Below, one piece after another: positions 1-8,984 of a DNA stretch of 40,102 nt; positions within the stretch are counted from its first letter, which is position 1; the number at the start of each line of letters is the position of its first letter. Below the pieces are notes generated by a model. It was given only the letters and a program-made list of their open reading frames with translations. It did not search any database and had not been told where the DNA came from. The DNA is taken from positions 1 to 40,102 of the forward strand of contig CBDCKN010000011.1 of NCBI GenBank assembly GCA_965218295.1. The letters are read 5' to 3'. The stretch comes from Longimicrobiales bacterium. Lineage in GTDB: Bacteria; Gemmatimonadota; Gemmatimonadetes; Longimicrobiales; Gaopeijiaceae. The translations under genes were made by a program, and so were the position numbers.

Positions 1-303
1 GATGCCGTTGATGAGGCCGAGGTCGGCGACCTTCTTGATCTGGCGCCGCTGGGAGATGCGGACGAGAGGCTTGAGCACACCCACCAAGACCGTGCCGGCG
101 AGCAACATGGCGATGGCACCCACTGGCGATCCGCCGAGGAGCATGAGCAGGGCCATGAGCCCGACGATCATGGCGAAAAGCACCTGCATCTTTTTGAGCG
201 CCTTCTTCGTCAACTCCGAGTTCCATGAGTGGGTGGCGTTGGCCCTGGCCCAGTCTTCGGGGGTGAACTCGAACTCGACTGTGACTACATCGGAACCTGG
301 CAT
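1..303 (-). CDS. YcxB-like membrane protein, 5' part (runs off window start)
   Basis: Not in the ORF track. Manual translation from ATG at 303: MPGSDVVTVEFEFTPEDWARANATHSW...QVLFAMIVGLMALLMLLGGSPVGAIAMLLAGTVLVGVL.. with no stop to position 1. GGAGG lies 7 nt upstream. The 'V.F..T.ED' start followed by two TM segments resembles YcxB-family proteins. Confidence 0.6.
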   Translation of the reverse strand, partial: MPGSDVVTVEFEFTPEDWARANATHSWNSELTKKALKKMQVLFAMIVGLMALLMLLGGSPVGAIAMLLAGTVLVGVLKPLVRISQRRQIKKVADLGLINGI

Positions 304-496
304 CGTCCGGCCTCCCGACGGATAAGGCCGTCTGTCATGTCCTGGTATTCCGTAATTTACGCGTTCGGCCGGGCACTTGCGACGACGAAGAATCGCTACA
401 CCGAAGTTCGACGGCACGGGGTGCAGCCGGAGGACCCGGGACCGAAAATCCGCCGCCACCTGACCCACGCCTAACGGCGCGGGTACCCCGGATCCG

Positions 497-545
497 GCGC
501 CTCGGCACTCTCGGTGGCTCGCGAACTTCTGGGACACCACACTAG
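497..545. repeat. MITE-like palindromic repeat, copy 1 (one intact end)
   Basis: 49/49 identical to the reverse complement of 35449-35497. A degenerate opposite end may lie at ~340-363. Confidence 0.85.
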
Positions 546-546
546 C

Positions 547-581
547 GTATACGTATAAAAGTTCGAGAATGATACGTATAC
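547..581. promoter_or_regulatory. TACGTA-N17-TACGTA site A
   Basis: GTATACGTAT(547-556)/ATACGTATAC(572-581) inverted repeat, with the same spacing as the site at 1665-1693. Confidence 0.45.
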
Positions 582-661
582 AGGCCTCAGGCCTTATCTG
601 AACGAGGGGTCGGGCGCCGACGAGCGTCCGGCCTGGGCCGGCGGGAACGACGTACGTCGGG

Positions 662-1632
662 TCACTGAGGTGCTGGTTGCCAATCGGCCCACTGCACGCC
701 GGTAAGAATCTCCGACTCGTCTCTGGTGGCGAGGTCTATCACCCACATGGACCGCGGCTGCTCGGGTCCCCCGCGGCCAAAGACGATCTTCGTGCCGTCC
801 GGCGACCAGTGCGGGTCGTCGCTGTTGACCTGGTCCGGCGTGTCGGTGATGCGGACCGGGTTCGAGCCGTCAGGGTCCATGGTCCAGACGTCGCCGTACT
901 GTCCCTCGAAGCCCGACCAGAAGGCTATCTTCGATCCGTCCAGGGACCAGTGGGGGACGTTGGCATCGGGGTAGTCCGATCCCAGCCCCAACGTGAGTTG
1001 GCGCTGGTCTGTACCGTCGCTGTTCATGATCCAGATCTGTGTGCTGCCGCTGGCGGTCGAGGCGTAGGCGATCTGCCGGCCGTCGGCCGACCAGGTCGGA
1101 TGCAGGCTCCAGACGAACTGCTGGCCCGGGAGCGCCGCCGGCGTCTGCGTCAGTCTTGCGGCCCCGGTGCCGTCGGCATTCATGACCCACACCTCGGGGT
1201 TGGTGTCACCATCCCGAACGGCGCTCAAGGCGATTCGCTGCTGGTCGGGTGAGTAGACGGGCGTAAAGTTGCTGCCCTGGGTGTCGAAGCTGAGCTGCCG
1301 GCGATTCGGGCCGTTGCTGTCCATCGCGAAGATCTCCCTGACAGCTCCGACGCATGAGCTGAAAAGAATAGTCTTACCGTCCGGTGGCGGCCGGCATGAT
1401 GTTCGAACCGGAAGCGACCAGGACCAAGGGATCGGTCCCGTCGGCGGCCGTAGCTGATGATCCGGGACGAAGTCCCACACCCTCCACTGAGGAGTTCGGA
1501 GATGATGATGCGTCCGTTGACGGGTCCGGTGGCGGTGTCCGGTTCGACGATCCCCGGGCTACTGCTTCCGTCTGAGCAGCCGGCTGCCGCGACCACCAGC
1601 AGGATGATGAGCTTGAGGGGGATCATGGTCAT
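662..1632 (-). pseudogene. TolB-like (PD40 beta-propeller) lipoprotein, interrupted by two frameshifts
   Basis: Lipoprotein signal (LLVVAAAGC) is in ORF 1225-1632. PD40 repeats (PVYSPDQQRI, PTWSADGRQI, PHWSLDGSKI, PHWSPDGTKI) are in ORF 662-1480. A bridging segment YAADGTDPLVLVASGSNIMPA is in the third frame. Shifts at ~1449 and ~1386; may be sequencing errors. Confidence 0.75.
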
Positions 1633-1663
1633 CTCTATCGCCTCTAGGTGCCTGACAGTTCCC

Positions 1664-1713
1664 GTACGTACTTGACGTAATTGATGATACGTATCCTTGA
1701 TCAGATGTTAAAT
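1664..1713. other. TACGTA-N17-TACGTA site B overlapping a dif-like 28-mer (1686-1713)
   Basis: AT-rich patch: GATACGTATCC-TTGATC-AGATGTTAAAT. The right arm matches the XerD arm TTATGTTAAAT at 9/11. Confidence 0.35.
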
Positions 1714-3063
1714 CACGGCTCAAAATTCAGCAGCGCATGTCTCCGCTCGGGGATCCGGGACCAGGGGTCCACCTCCACGACGCGGTAGAGTGGTGAGTGG
1801 CCGAGCTTCAGCTTCAATTCCTGAACGGCCTCCCTGAGGGCGGAGGGGACGGTGCCCTCGGACAGCTCCCGCCCGCACTCTTCTCTGCCACTGGACTCCC
1901 CCCGGTCGAAGAGGTCGTTCTGAGACGTGGCAGGGCCGAACTGGAAGAACTCCACGGTCAGGGCTTCCACGGCCCGAGGGGGAGGTGACAGGACCATCCG
2001 GGCGCGAAGGACGAAGGCGATTCGCTCGCGATGCGCCGTGGGCTCCCGAAGGACCGTCTTCAGGGACCACGAGCCCCCACCCTCCAGGGCGAGCGGCCAG
2101 ACCCACACCCTGTATGCTCCGGCCCTGACGCTCCGGACGGGCCAACGCTCGTTCCAGGAGCCGGTCCAGTGCCCCATGGAGCGTTTCCACCTGCCCCACG
2201 GGAGTGTGGAAGTCGAGTGAAGATCGGATCGGCCGGGGTCGATGGTACGGCTGGACGGAATCGATCCGCTCGCCCGTGGCCCAGGCCCGAGCCCTTCGCC
2301 CGTCGGATCCGAACTGACCGATCAAGGCCGGGGTCGGGAGACGGATCAGATCGCCCAGGGTGTCGATGCCGAGCCGCTCGAGCCGCTCGACCATGACCGT
2401 ATCGACCGGAAGCACGGAGACGGGGCAGGGGCCCAGGAAGGAGAGGAGCTCCTCGTCTTCCACGATCACGGGTCGTCCGGGGCCCGCTCCGGCCGCGGCC
2501 ACCCAGGCTCCAAACTTCCCCGAGGCCCACCCCATTCTCATGGCGGCCACCAGTGGACGGGGGAAGATCGTGAGGAGCGCTCCGAGAACTCTGTCCACCT
2601 GGCGCGGCGGTGAGCCGTAAAGCCGTCCGAGCCCGTCCATTCCCACGAAGACCCTTCCGCGGCCGGCAGGCTCCACGATGGGGCTCAGGCCCGACAGGGT
2701 CTCCAGGAGCTCCTCCTGGGTAGTGTCGTAGTGGGCCGGATCGGGCTCTAGGAGGGTGAGGGAAGGGCAGAGGGCGACGGCCTGAGAGATGAGTTGCCCA
2801 GGGCGTACGCCAGCGGTGGAGGCCCGCTCGGAGACCTGCCAGACCGTTCTCCGGGTGTTCTCGCCGGGGGAGAGAAGGGCTACGGACGTGGCGTCCAGCT
2901 CCGGGCTCCGGACCAGCTCCAGCCGGAGCTCGAAGGTGGGCAGCCAGGCGCAGAGCGCTTGGCGGCTTCCACGTCGCTGGGTGGTGGTGGCGCCCCTGGT
3001 CTCCCACCCACGAACGGCTGGGTGGGTGGAACCACTGTACACACGGGAACGGGGCTCGGACAT
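1713..3063 (-). CDS. imuB: ImuB-like inactive Y-family DNA polymerase homolog (one frameshift at ~2087-2089)
   Basis: Y-family features: GVRPGQLISQAVALCP, LSPIVE, HhH 'LERLGIDTLGDL', clamp-like 'QNDLF'. Catalytic DMDAF/SIDE motifs are absent. Removing one G at 2087-2089 joins ..AARLEGGGSW.. to the C-terminal ORF ending VDPWSRIPERRHAL. Start codon uncertain. Confidence 0.75.
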
Positions 3064-3086
3064 AGACAAACAGGCCTTAACGGATA

Positions 3087-3102
3087 CCGAATAAAAACCG
3101 AA
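3087..3102 (-). promoter_or_regulatory. Candidate LexA/SOS operator (TTCGG-N6-TTCGG direct repeat)
   Basis: Minus strand reads TTGGAC-tTTCGGtttttaTTCGG-TATCCG. The 11-bp-period repeat sits in a 17-nt promoter-like spacer just upstream of imuB. Confidence 0.45.
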
Positions 3103-3179
3103 AGTCCAAGGTACGTCGAAGAGAAAGGAAGAGCAAGCGGACCTCGATGTGGTTGGATCGATTCCGTGAGGATCCTGCG

Positions 3180-4916
3180 CTACTTGCCGCTCGAACCGCC
3201 TCCGCTGTCCCCGGGGCCGCCCCTCCCGATCAGCTTGTTCAGCACGATCACGGGCACCAGACCCACGGCGATGATGAGCAGAGCGGGCACGGCCGACTGG
3301 GTCAACTGCTCGTCGGTGGCGAGCTGGAAGGCCCGGGTGGCCAGGGTGTCGAAGTTGAACGGGCGGAGAATCAGGGTGAGGGGCAGCTCCTTGAGGACGT
3401 CCACGAAGACCAGAAGGGCGGCGCTCAGGATCGTGCCCTTGAGCAAAGGTAGGTCCACCTTCCAGAGCGTCTTCAAGGGTGGAACTCCCAGCGATCTCGA
3501 GGTCTCGTCGAGATTGCCGCACAGGCGCTTGAAGCCCGACTCGAGCGGGTTGAGCGCCACGGCCAGGAAGCGCACCATGTAGGCGAACACCAGGGCCACC
3601 AGCGTGCCGCTCAAGAGGAGGCCTGTCGGCAGGTCGAAGGATGCTCTCATGAACGCGTCAACGTGTCGATCCACCCACACCAACGGGATGAAGACGCCCA
3701 CCGCGATGACGGCTCCAGGAATCGAGTAGCCCAGGACCGCCACCTTCGACGCGAGGCGGAGGAGGGGGGTGGGGCTGAGCCGTACGGCGTACGCGATGAG
3801 CAGCGCCGCGACGACCGCCAACAGCCCAGCGGTGAGGGCCAGTGAGAAGCTGTGGAGCGTGAGCTGCACGAAGCGTGCGTCCAGTGCCCTGAAGCCGGCC
3901 TGGGCCGCCCACCCCAGGAGCTGGAGGACCGGAACCAGGAAGCCCAGCGTCAACGGTAGGAGGCATGCGGCAAATGAGAGCCATCGCCCCCGCCTTCCCA
4001 GCCTCCGCCTCTCCGCGGGTCGATACCCCCGGGCGCCATCGTCGAAACGGGCCCGGCCCCTCTGTGCCCGCTCGAAGACGATGAGGGAAAAGACGAAGAG
4101 GAGTAGGATGCCCGAGAGGCGCATGGCGGAGACGGGGTCGTTCAGTGGGAACCAGGCTCGGAAGATCCCCGTCGTGAAGGTGGGCACCCCGAAGTACTTC
4201 ACGGCTCCGTATTCGTTGAGCACCTCCATGAGCACGAGCGTCAACCCGCCCACGACCGCCGGACGTGACATGGGAAGGGCTACCTTGAAGAAGGTGTTCC
4301 ACGGTCCCCGCCCAAGACCTCGAGCGGTCTCCAGGACGGCTCCCGACTGTTGGACGAAGGAGGCGCGGGCGATGACGTACACATACGGGTAGAGCACCAG
4401 GGCCATCATGACCATGGCACCCTCGCGGGACATGATCGCCGATCGGATCCGCCACGTCTCGGCCCCGGGCCAGAGAGCATCCAGCGCGCCAGACATGGCG
4501 CTTCCGTACTCGAAGACGCCGGCGTAGGTGTACGCGATGATGTAGGTGGGGATGGCCAGCGGCAGGACCAGGCTCCACTCGAAGGTGCGCCGTCCCGGGA
4601 ATTCGTAGGCCGACACGAGCCAGGCCGGCGCCAGCCCGAGGACGAGGGCCAAGGCACCCACGCCCACCACGAGCAACGCCGAATTCGCTACGTACACCGG
4701 AAGCACGGTACTGGCGAGGTGCTGCCAGATTTCGGTGCGAGGCTCGAAGACCCCCCGGGCGATGACCAGCAGAGGGAGGGTCGTGAGAGCCACCACCACC
4801 AGTGCCGACACGCTCCAGGGGGTGAGCCCACCTCGGAACTCGCTACGCGATTGACGCCAGAAAGCCCGGAGGGCGCTCCATACGCTCCGGGCTCTCGAAC
4901 GAATGGCCGTGGCCAT
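3180..4916 (-). CDS. fbpB: Fe3+ ABC transporter permease (FbpB/FutB family)
   Basis: 578 aa, duplicated permease with two EAA-like loops (LETARGLG, LDETSRSLG), YPYVY and LKELPLTLILRPFNFDTLA. Confidence 0.9.
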   Translation of the reverse strand: MATAIRSRARSVWSALRAFWRQSRSEFRGGLTPWSVSALVVVALTTLPLLVIARGVFEPRTEIWQHLASTVLPVYVANSALLVVGVGALALVLGLAPAWLVSAYEFPGRRTFEWSLVLPLAIPTYIIAYTYAGVFEYGSAMSGALDALWPGAETWRIRSAIMSREGAMVMMALVLYPYVYVIARASFVQQSGAVLETARGLGRGPWNTFFKVALPMSRPAVVGGLTLVLMEVLNEYGAVKYFGVPTFTTGIFRAWFPLNDPVSAMRLSGILLLFVFSLIVFERAQRGRARFDDGARGYRPAERRRLGRRGRWLSFAACLLPLTLGFLVPVLQLLGWAAQAGFRALDARFVQLTLHSFSLALTAGLLAVVAALLIAYAVRLSPTPLLRLASKVAVLGYSIPGAVIAVGVFIPLVWVDRHVDAFMRASFDLPTGLLLSGTLVALVFAYMVRFLAVALNPLESGFKRLCGNLDETSRSLGVPPLKTLWKVDLPLLKGTILSAALLVFVDVLKELPLTLILRPFNFDTLATRAFQLATDEQLTQSAVPALLIIAVGLVPVIVLNKLIGRGGPGDSGGGSSGK

Positions 4917-4928
4917 GCTAAGCAGTCC

Positions 4929-5981
4929 TTATCGCCACCCCGCCCGGTCGAAGATCATCACAGCGCGGGAGTTGAGCTCTCCGAGAACGGATAGGTTGAG
5001 GGTGTCGGGGCGGAACTCGCCCCACTCTTGGAGCGTCTCCGCCCACGGGATTCCAGACTTCACCGGGTACTCAAAGTTTGCTTCGGCGTACCCCGTCTGC
5101 GCTTCGGTGTCCGTCAGGAATTCGAGGAGGCGGACGGCGTTCTCGGGATTGGGAGAGTGCGCCGTCACTCCTGCGCCACTCACGTTCACGTGGGCGCCCC
5201 GATCGTCCTGATTGGGGAAGAAGATTCCTACCTTACGGGCCAGTTCGCGATCACCCTGGTCGTCCCCGTTGAGAAGCAGTCCGACGTAGTACGTATTCGT
5301 GATGGCCAGATCGCCGACCCCGGCCGCCACGTCCTTCACCTGATCGCGGTCCCCGCCCATGGGGGCTCGGGCCAGGTTCTGCACGACGCCCCGGGCCCAT
5401 TCGGCCGCCGCGTCCTCACCGTGAACGGCGACCATCGATGCCAGGAGCGACTGGTTGTAGATGTTCTCGGAGCTCCGCACGAGAATGCGGCCTCGCCACT
5501 TGGTGTCGGCCAGGTTTTCATAGGTCGACAGCTCGTCCCGTGACACTCGATCCAGCGAGTAGGCGATGACGCGGGCCCTCTGCGTGAGTCCGTACCAGTA
5601 CCCCTCCGGGTCCCTCAGACGCGCGGGTACGTTCGACTCCAGCACCTCGGAGGAGGCGCTGCGGAGCAGGTTCCGCTCCTTGGCCCGCTGCAGACGACCG
5701 GCGTCCACCGTGATCAGCAGGTCGGCCCGCGTGCTTGCACCCTCGGTCTCGAGGCGCGTGATCAGCTCGTCGGCGGATGCCGTCTGGACGTTGACCCGTA
5801 TCCCTGTCAGCTCGGTGAAGCGGCGGAAGAGCTCCTGGTCCGTGTCGTAGTGCCGATGGCTGTAGACGTTGACGACGCCGGCATCCTCCGAGGTACCCTC
5901 CGGCTGTCCATCTCCGGAGCAGGCGGCCAAGAGGGCCACTCCCATGACGGTACAGAGGCCCGATACGTGCAACCGCTTCAT
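4929..5981 (-). CDS. fbpA: Fe3+ ABC transporter substrate-binding lipoprotein (FbpA/FutA family)
   Basis: Lipobox LLAAC; VNVYSHRHY, RSSENIYNQSL, NTYY iron-ligand tyrosines, GAHVNVSGAG, ANFEYPV. Start placed at MKRL after GGGAG. Confidence 0.9.
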   Translation of the reverse strand: MKRLHVSGLCTVMGVALLAACSGDGQPEGTSEDAGVVNVYSHRHYDTDQELFRRFTELTGIRVNVQTASADELITRLETEGASTRADLLITVDAGRLQRAKERNLLRSASSEVLESNVPARLRDPEGYWYGLTQRARVIAYSLDRVSRDELSTYENLADTKWRGRILVRSSENIYNQSLLASMVAVHGEDAAAEWARGVVQNLARAPMGGDRDQVKDVAAGVGDLAITNTYYVGLLLNGDDQGDRELARKVGIFFPNQDDRGAHVNVSGAGVTAHSPNPENAVRLLEFLTDTEAQTGYAEANFEYPVKSGIPWAETLQEWGEFRPDTLNLSVLGELNSRAVMIFDRAGWR

Positions 5982-6042
5982 TAACAACTCCCTGCGACGA
6001 CGTTGAATCACGATTTCAAGGGATCATCCTTCGATGCTCAGT

Positions 6043-6065
6043 TAGTTGAGAACGAATCTCAACTA
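6043..6065. promoter_or_regulatory. Fur-box-like inverted repeat
   Basis: TAGTTGAGA-acgaa-TCTCAACTA. The core TGAGAACGAATCTCA resembles the 7-1-7 TGATAATNATTATCA, and it lies ~60 bp upstream of the iron-binding protein gene. Confidence 0.7.
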
Positions 6066-6244
6066 GCCCTTGGAAGATCGACCCTGGGGACAAACCAGGC
6101 AAGTGACGACGCGCAGGAATATCCGGCGCGGGGTCGATGGCGCCCACCTCAATACCTGGGTATCTTCGGGGTTCCACCAGGGCCCTCTCTTCGAGGCCGG
6201 GCCTGCCCGATTCTACAGTCCACGACACCGCAGCGGAGCGTTCC

Positions 6245-7480
6245 GTGACCGAATACAGCTACGCCACCGTACCGGCGGATGGCGAGCAGATCACGATAGA
6301 GCGTGGTAAGCCGGTCGTACCGGCCCAACCGATCATCCCGTTCATCGAGGGAGACGGGATCGGTCCCGACATCTGGCGTGCCACCCAGGCCGTCGTCGAT
6401 GCGTCCGTTGCGAAGGTGTACGGCGGCGAGCGCCGGATCGCGTGGATGGAGATCTACGCGGGCGAGAAGGCGAACGAGAAGACCGGCGAGTGGCTGCCGG
6501 AGGAGACCTTCGAGGCTCTCCGGGAGTTCAAGGTTGGGATCAAAGGACCCCTGACCACACCCGTGGGTGGAGGCATCCGCTCACTGAACGTTACCCTTCG
6601 ACAGGTTCTCGACCTCTACTCCTGCATCCGACCGGTCCGGTGGATCGAAGGAGTGCCCTCACCGGTGAAGGAGCCCGAGAGGCTCGACGTGGTCATCTAC
6701 CGTGAGAACACGGAGGACGTCTACGCCGGAATCGAATGGGCTTCCGGCAGCGCCGAGGCACGGCGTGTGCGGGCGTTCCTAGTCGACGAGATGGGCTCGT
6801 CCATCCGCGAGGAGAGTGGCATCGGGATCAAGCCGATCAGCCCCTTTGGGACGAAGAGACACGTGGCCGCCGCCATCCGATACGCCCTCGATCGGAACAG
6901 GAGGGCCGTCACGCTGGTCCACAAGGGGAATATCATGAAGTTCACCGAGGGGGCCTTCAGGGATTGGGGATACGAGGTGGCTCAGGAAGAGTTTGCGGAT
7001 GCCACGATCGCCGAGTCGGCAGTCTGGGACGGCGCCGATCCGGCCGGCAAGCTGCTCGTCAACGATCGTATCGCCGATGCCATGTTCCAGCAGGTGCTTC
7101 TGCGACCGGACGAGTACGACGTCATTGTGACCCCGAATCTCAACGGCGACTATCTCTCCGATGCGTGCGCCGCACAGGTCGGCGGTCTCGGCATGGCGCC
7201 CGGGGCCAACGTCGGCGACGAGGTGGCGCTCTTCGAGGCGACTCACGGAACGGCCCCCAAGTACACCGACTTGGACAAAGTGAACCCCGGTTCGCTCATC
7301 CTCTCAGCCGTGATGATGCTTGAGCATCTGGGCTGGAACGAAGCGGCCGAGGCGGTGAACCGTGGCATGGGAGGCGCCATCGACGCCAAGACCGTCACAT
7401 ACGACCTCGAGCGCCAGATGGAGGGGGCCACCACGGTGAAGACCTCCGAGTTCGGCCAGGCGGTCATCGAGCATATGTAG
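6245..7480 (+). CDS. icd: Isocitrate dehydrogenase (E. coli-type, NADP-dependent family)
   Basis: [65 protein letters not shown] start after GGAG. Confidence 0.95.
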   Translation: MTEYSYATVPADGEQITIERGKPVVPAQPIIPFIEGDGIGPDIWRATQAVVDASVAKVYGGERRIAWMEIYAGEKANEKTGEWLPEETFEALREFKVGIKGPLTTPVGGGIRSLNVTLRQVLDLYSCIRPVRWIEGVPSPVKEPERLDVVIYRENTEDVYAGIEWASGSAEARRVRAFLVDEMGSSIREESGIGIKPISPFGTKRHVAAAIRYALDRNRRAVTLVHKGNIMKFTEGAFRDWGYEVAQEEFADATIAESAVWDGADPAGKLLVNDRIADAMFQQVLLRPDEYDVIVTPNLNGDYLSDACAAQVGGLGMAPGANVGDEVALFEATHGTAPKYTDLDKVNPGSLILSAVMMLEHLGWNEAAEAVNRGMGGAIDAKTVTYDLERQMEGATTVKTSEFGQAVIEHM

Positions 7481-7493
7481 AGCGAAAGACGAC

Positions 7494-8984
7494 ATGAACG
7501 TTCATCACGTCTCCTCGGCCGGTGCAGCCGGCTTCGACATACCACTCCTGGCCGTTCCGGTCTTCGAGACCGAAGAGGGTGCCGACCCGGCTCTTCCGGC
7601 GGATCTGGCGGACGTGGCTTCGGGCTCCTACTTGTCCGAAGATCTCAAGGGGAAGCTGGGCGAGTTCGTCGTCGCATATTTGAGTGGAGACGGCGGGCCA
7701 CGTCGACTCCTCCTGCTCGGGGCGGGGAAGGCCTCGGAGCTGGACTGCGAGGCGGTTCGGCGCTGGGCCGGGCACGCCGTGAGGGCGGCCGAGTCCATCG
7801 GCGTCGCGAGAGTCGGCCTGTACTTGGGTGGGATGGAGCAGACCGGAGCCGAGCATGCCGGACAGGCGGCGGCCGAGGGTGCGGTGCTAGCGGCCTGGCG
7901 CTTCACGGAGATGAAGAGTGCCTCCGACGGCGATGATCCGCCCGAGGTGTCTGACTTCACGGTCATGACCGATCCACCGGACCTCGAAGAAGCGGGGCGG
8001 GGCGCCGAGGTCGGCCACATCATCGGCCGGGCGGCCAACTTCGCGCGGACGCTCCAGTCGCGACCCGGCAACGTCGCGACGCCGACCCACCTCGGCGACG
8101 AGGCGTCGAGAATGGCCGGAGAGCGGGGTCTCGACGTCACCGTGATGGGGCCCGACGAGCTCCGGGCCGAGAACATGCACGCTCTCCTCGCGGTGGCGCA
8201 GGGCTCGGACCAGGAGCCTAGGCTCATCGTCCTCCGCCATGACGGAGGAGGAGAGGGGGACCCACCCCTGGTCCTGGTGGGAAAGGGCCTCACCTTCGAT
8301 GCCGGTGGAATCTCCATCAAGCCGGCGAAGGGCATGGAGGACATGATCTTCGACATGTCTGGTGGGGCGGCGGTCATCGGCGCCATGCAGGCCGTGGCCG
8401 AGCTGAAGGTCGCGCTGAACGTGGTGGGGATCGTGCCGTCTTCCGAGAACCTCCTCAACGGGAGCGCCCTCAGGCCCGGAGACATCATCGGATCACGGGA
8501 GGGGAAGACCATCGAAGTCGTGAACACCGACGCCGAGGGTCGCCTGATCCTGGCCGACGCCCTCTCGTACGCCCAGAGCCTGGGGCCCGCCGCCATCGTC
8601 GATTGCGCGACGCTTACGGGTTCCGTCGTCATCGCTCTGGGGCATCACGCCGCCGCCGTCCTGGGCACGGACAGTGATCTCGTGGACGAGCTCAGGGATG
8701 CCGGCGATCTGGCCGGCGAGCGCTGCTGGCCGCTCCCCCTCTGGGACGACTACCGCCGGCAGATCGACAGCAAGGTGGCCGACATCGTGAATGTCGGCGG
8801 ACGTCCTGGCGGCAGCATCACGGCGGCTTGCTTCCTCAGGGAGTTCGTGGGCGATTTTAGCTGGGCCCATCTGGACATCGCAGGCACCGCATACGGTGAA
8901 GGGAAGCTTTCGTATCAGCGCAAAGGCGCCGCCGGATTCCCCACGAGACTCCTCGTTCAGTGGATTCGGAGCCGGGCCGCGTGA
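7494..8984 (+). CDS. pepA: Leucyl aminopeptidase (M17)
   Basis: GKGLTFDAGGISIK, NTDAEGRLILAD, ATLTG, WAHLDIAGT. Confidence 0.95.
   Translation: MNVHHVSSAGAAGFDIPLLAVPVFETEEGADPALPADLADVASGSYLSEDLKGKLGEFVVAYLSGDGGPRRLLLLGAGKASELDCEAVRRWAGHAVRAAESIGVARVGLYLGGMEQTGAEHAGQAAAEGAVLAAWRFTEMKSASDGDDPPEVSDFTVMTDPPDLEEAGRGAEVGHIIGRAANFARTLQSRPGNVATPTHLGDEASRMAGERGLDVTVMGPDELRAENMHALLAVAQGSDQEPRLIVLRHDGGGEGDPPLVLVGKGLTFDAGGISIKPAKGMEDMIFDMSGGAAVIGAMQAVAELKVALNVVGIVPSSENLLNGSALRPGDIIGSREGKTIEVVNTDAEGRLILADALSYAQSLGPAAIVDCATLTGSVVIALGHHAAAVLGTDSDLVDELRDAGDLAGERCWPLPLWDDYRRQIDSKVADIVNVGGRPGGSITAACFLREFVGDFSWAHLDIAGTAYGEGKLSYQRKGAAGFPTRLLVQWIRSRAA

Noticed and set aside
469..570. Integron attC (GCCTAAC core at 469-475)
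   Set aside because: No matching GTTRRRY within attC distance, and no integrase in the window.
3064..3522. N-terminal extension of the 600-aa ORF 1720-3522
   Set aside because: Overlaps fbpB in another frame and the promoter region; the tail after ~2088 is also out of frame.
8330..8360. PepA 'MIFDM' instead of the usual 'MKFDM' as a sign of inactivation
   Set aside because: Metal ligands and catalytic residues (GKG, TFD, ISIK, DM, NTDAEGR) are intact.
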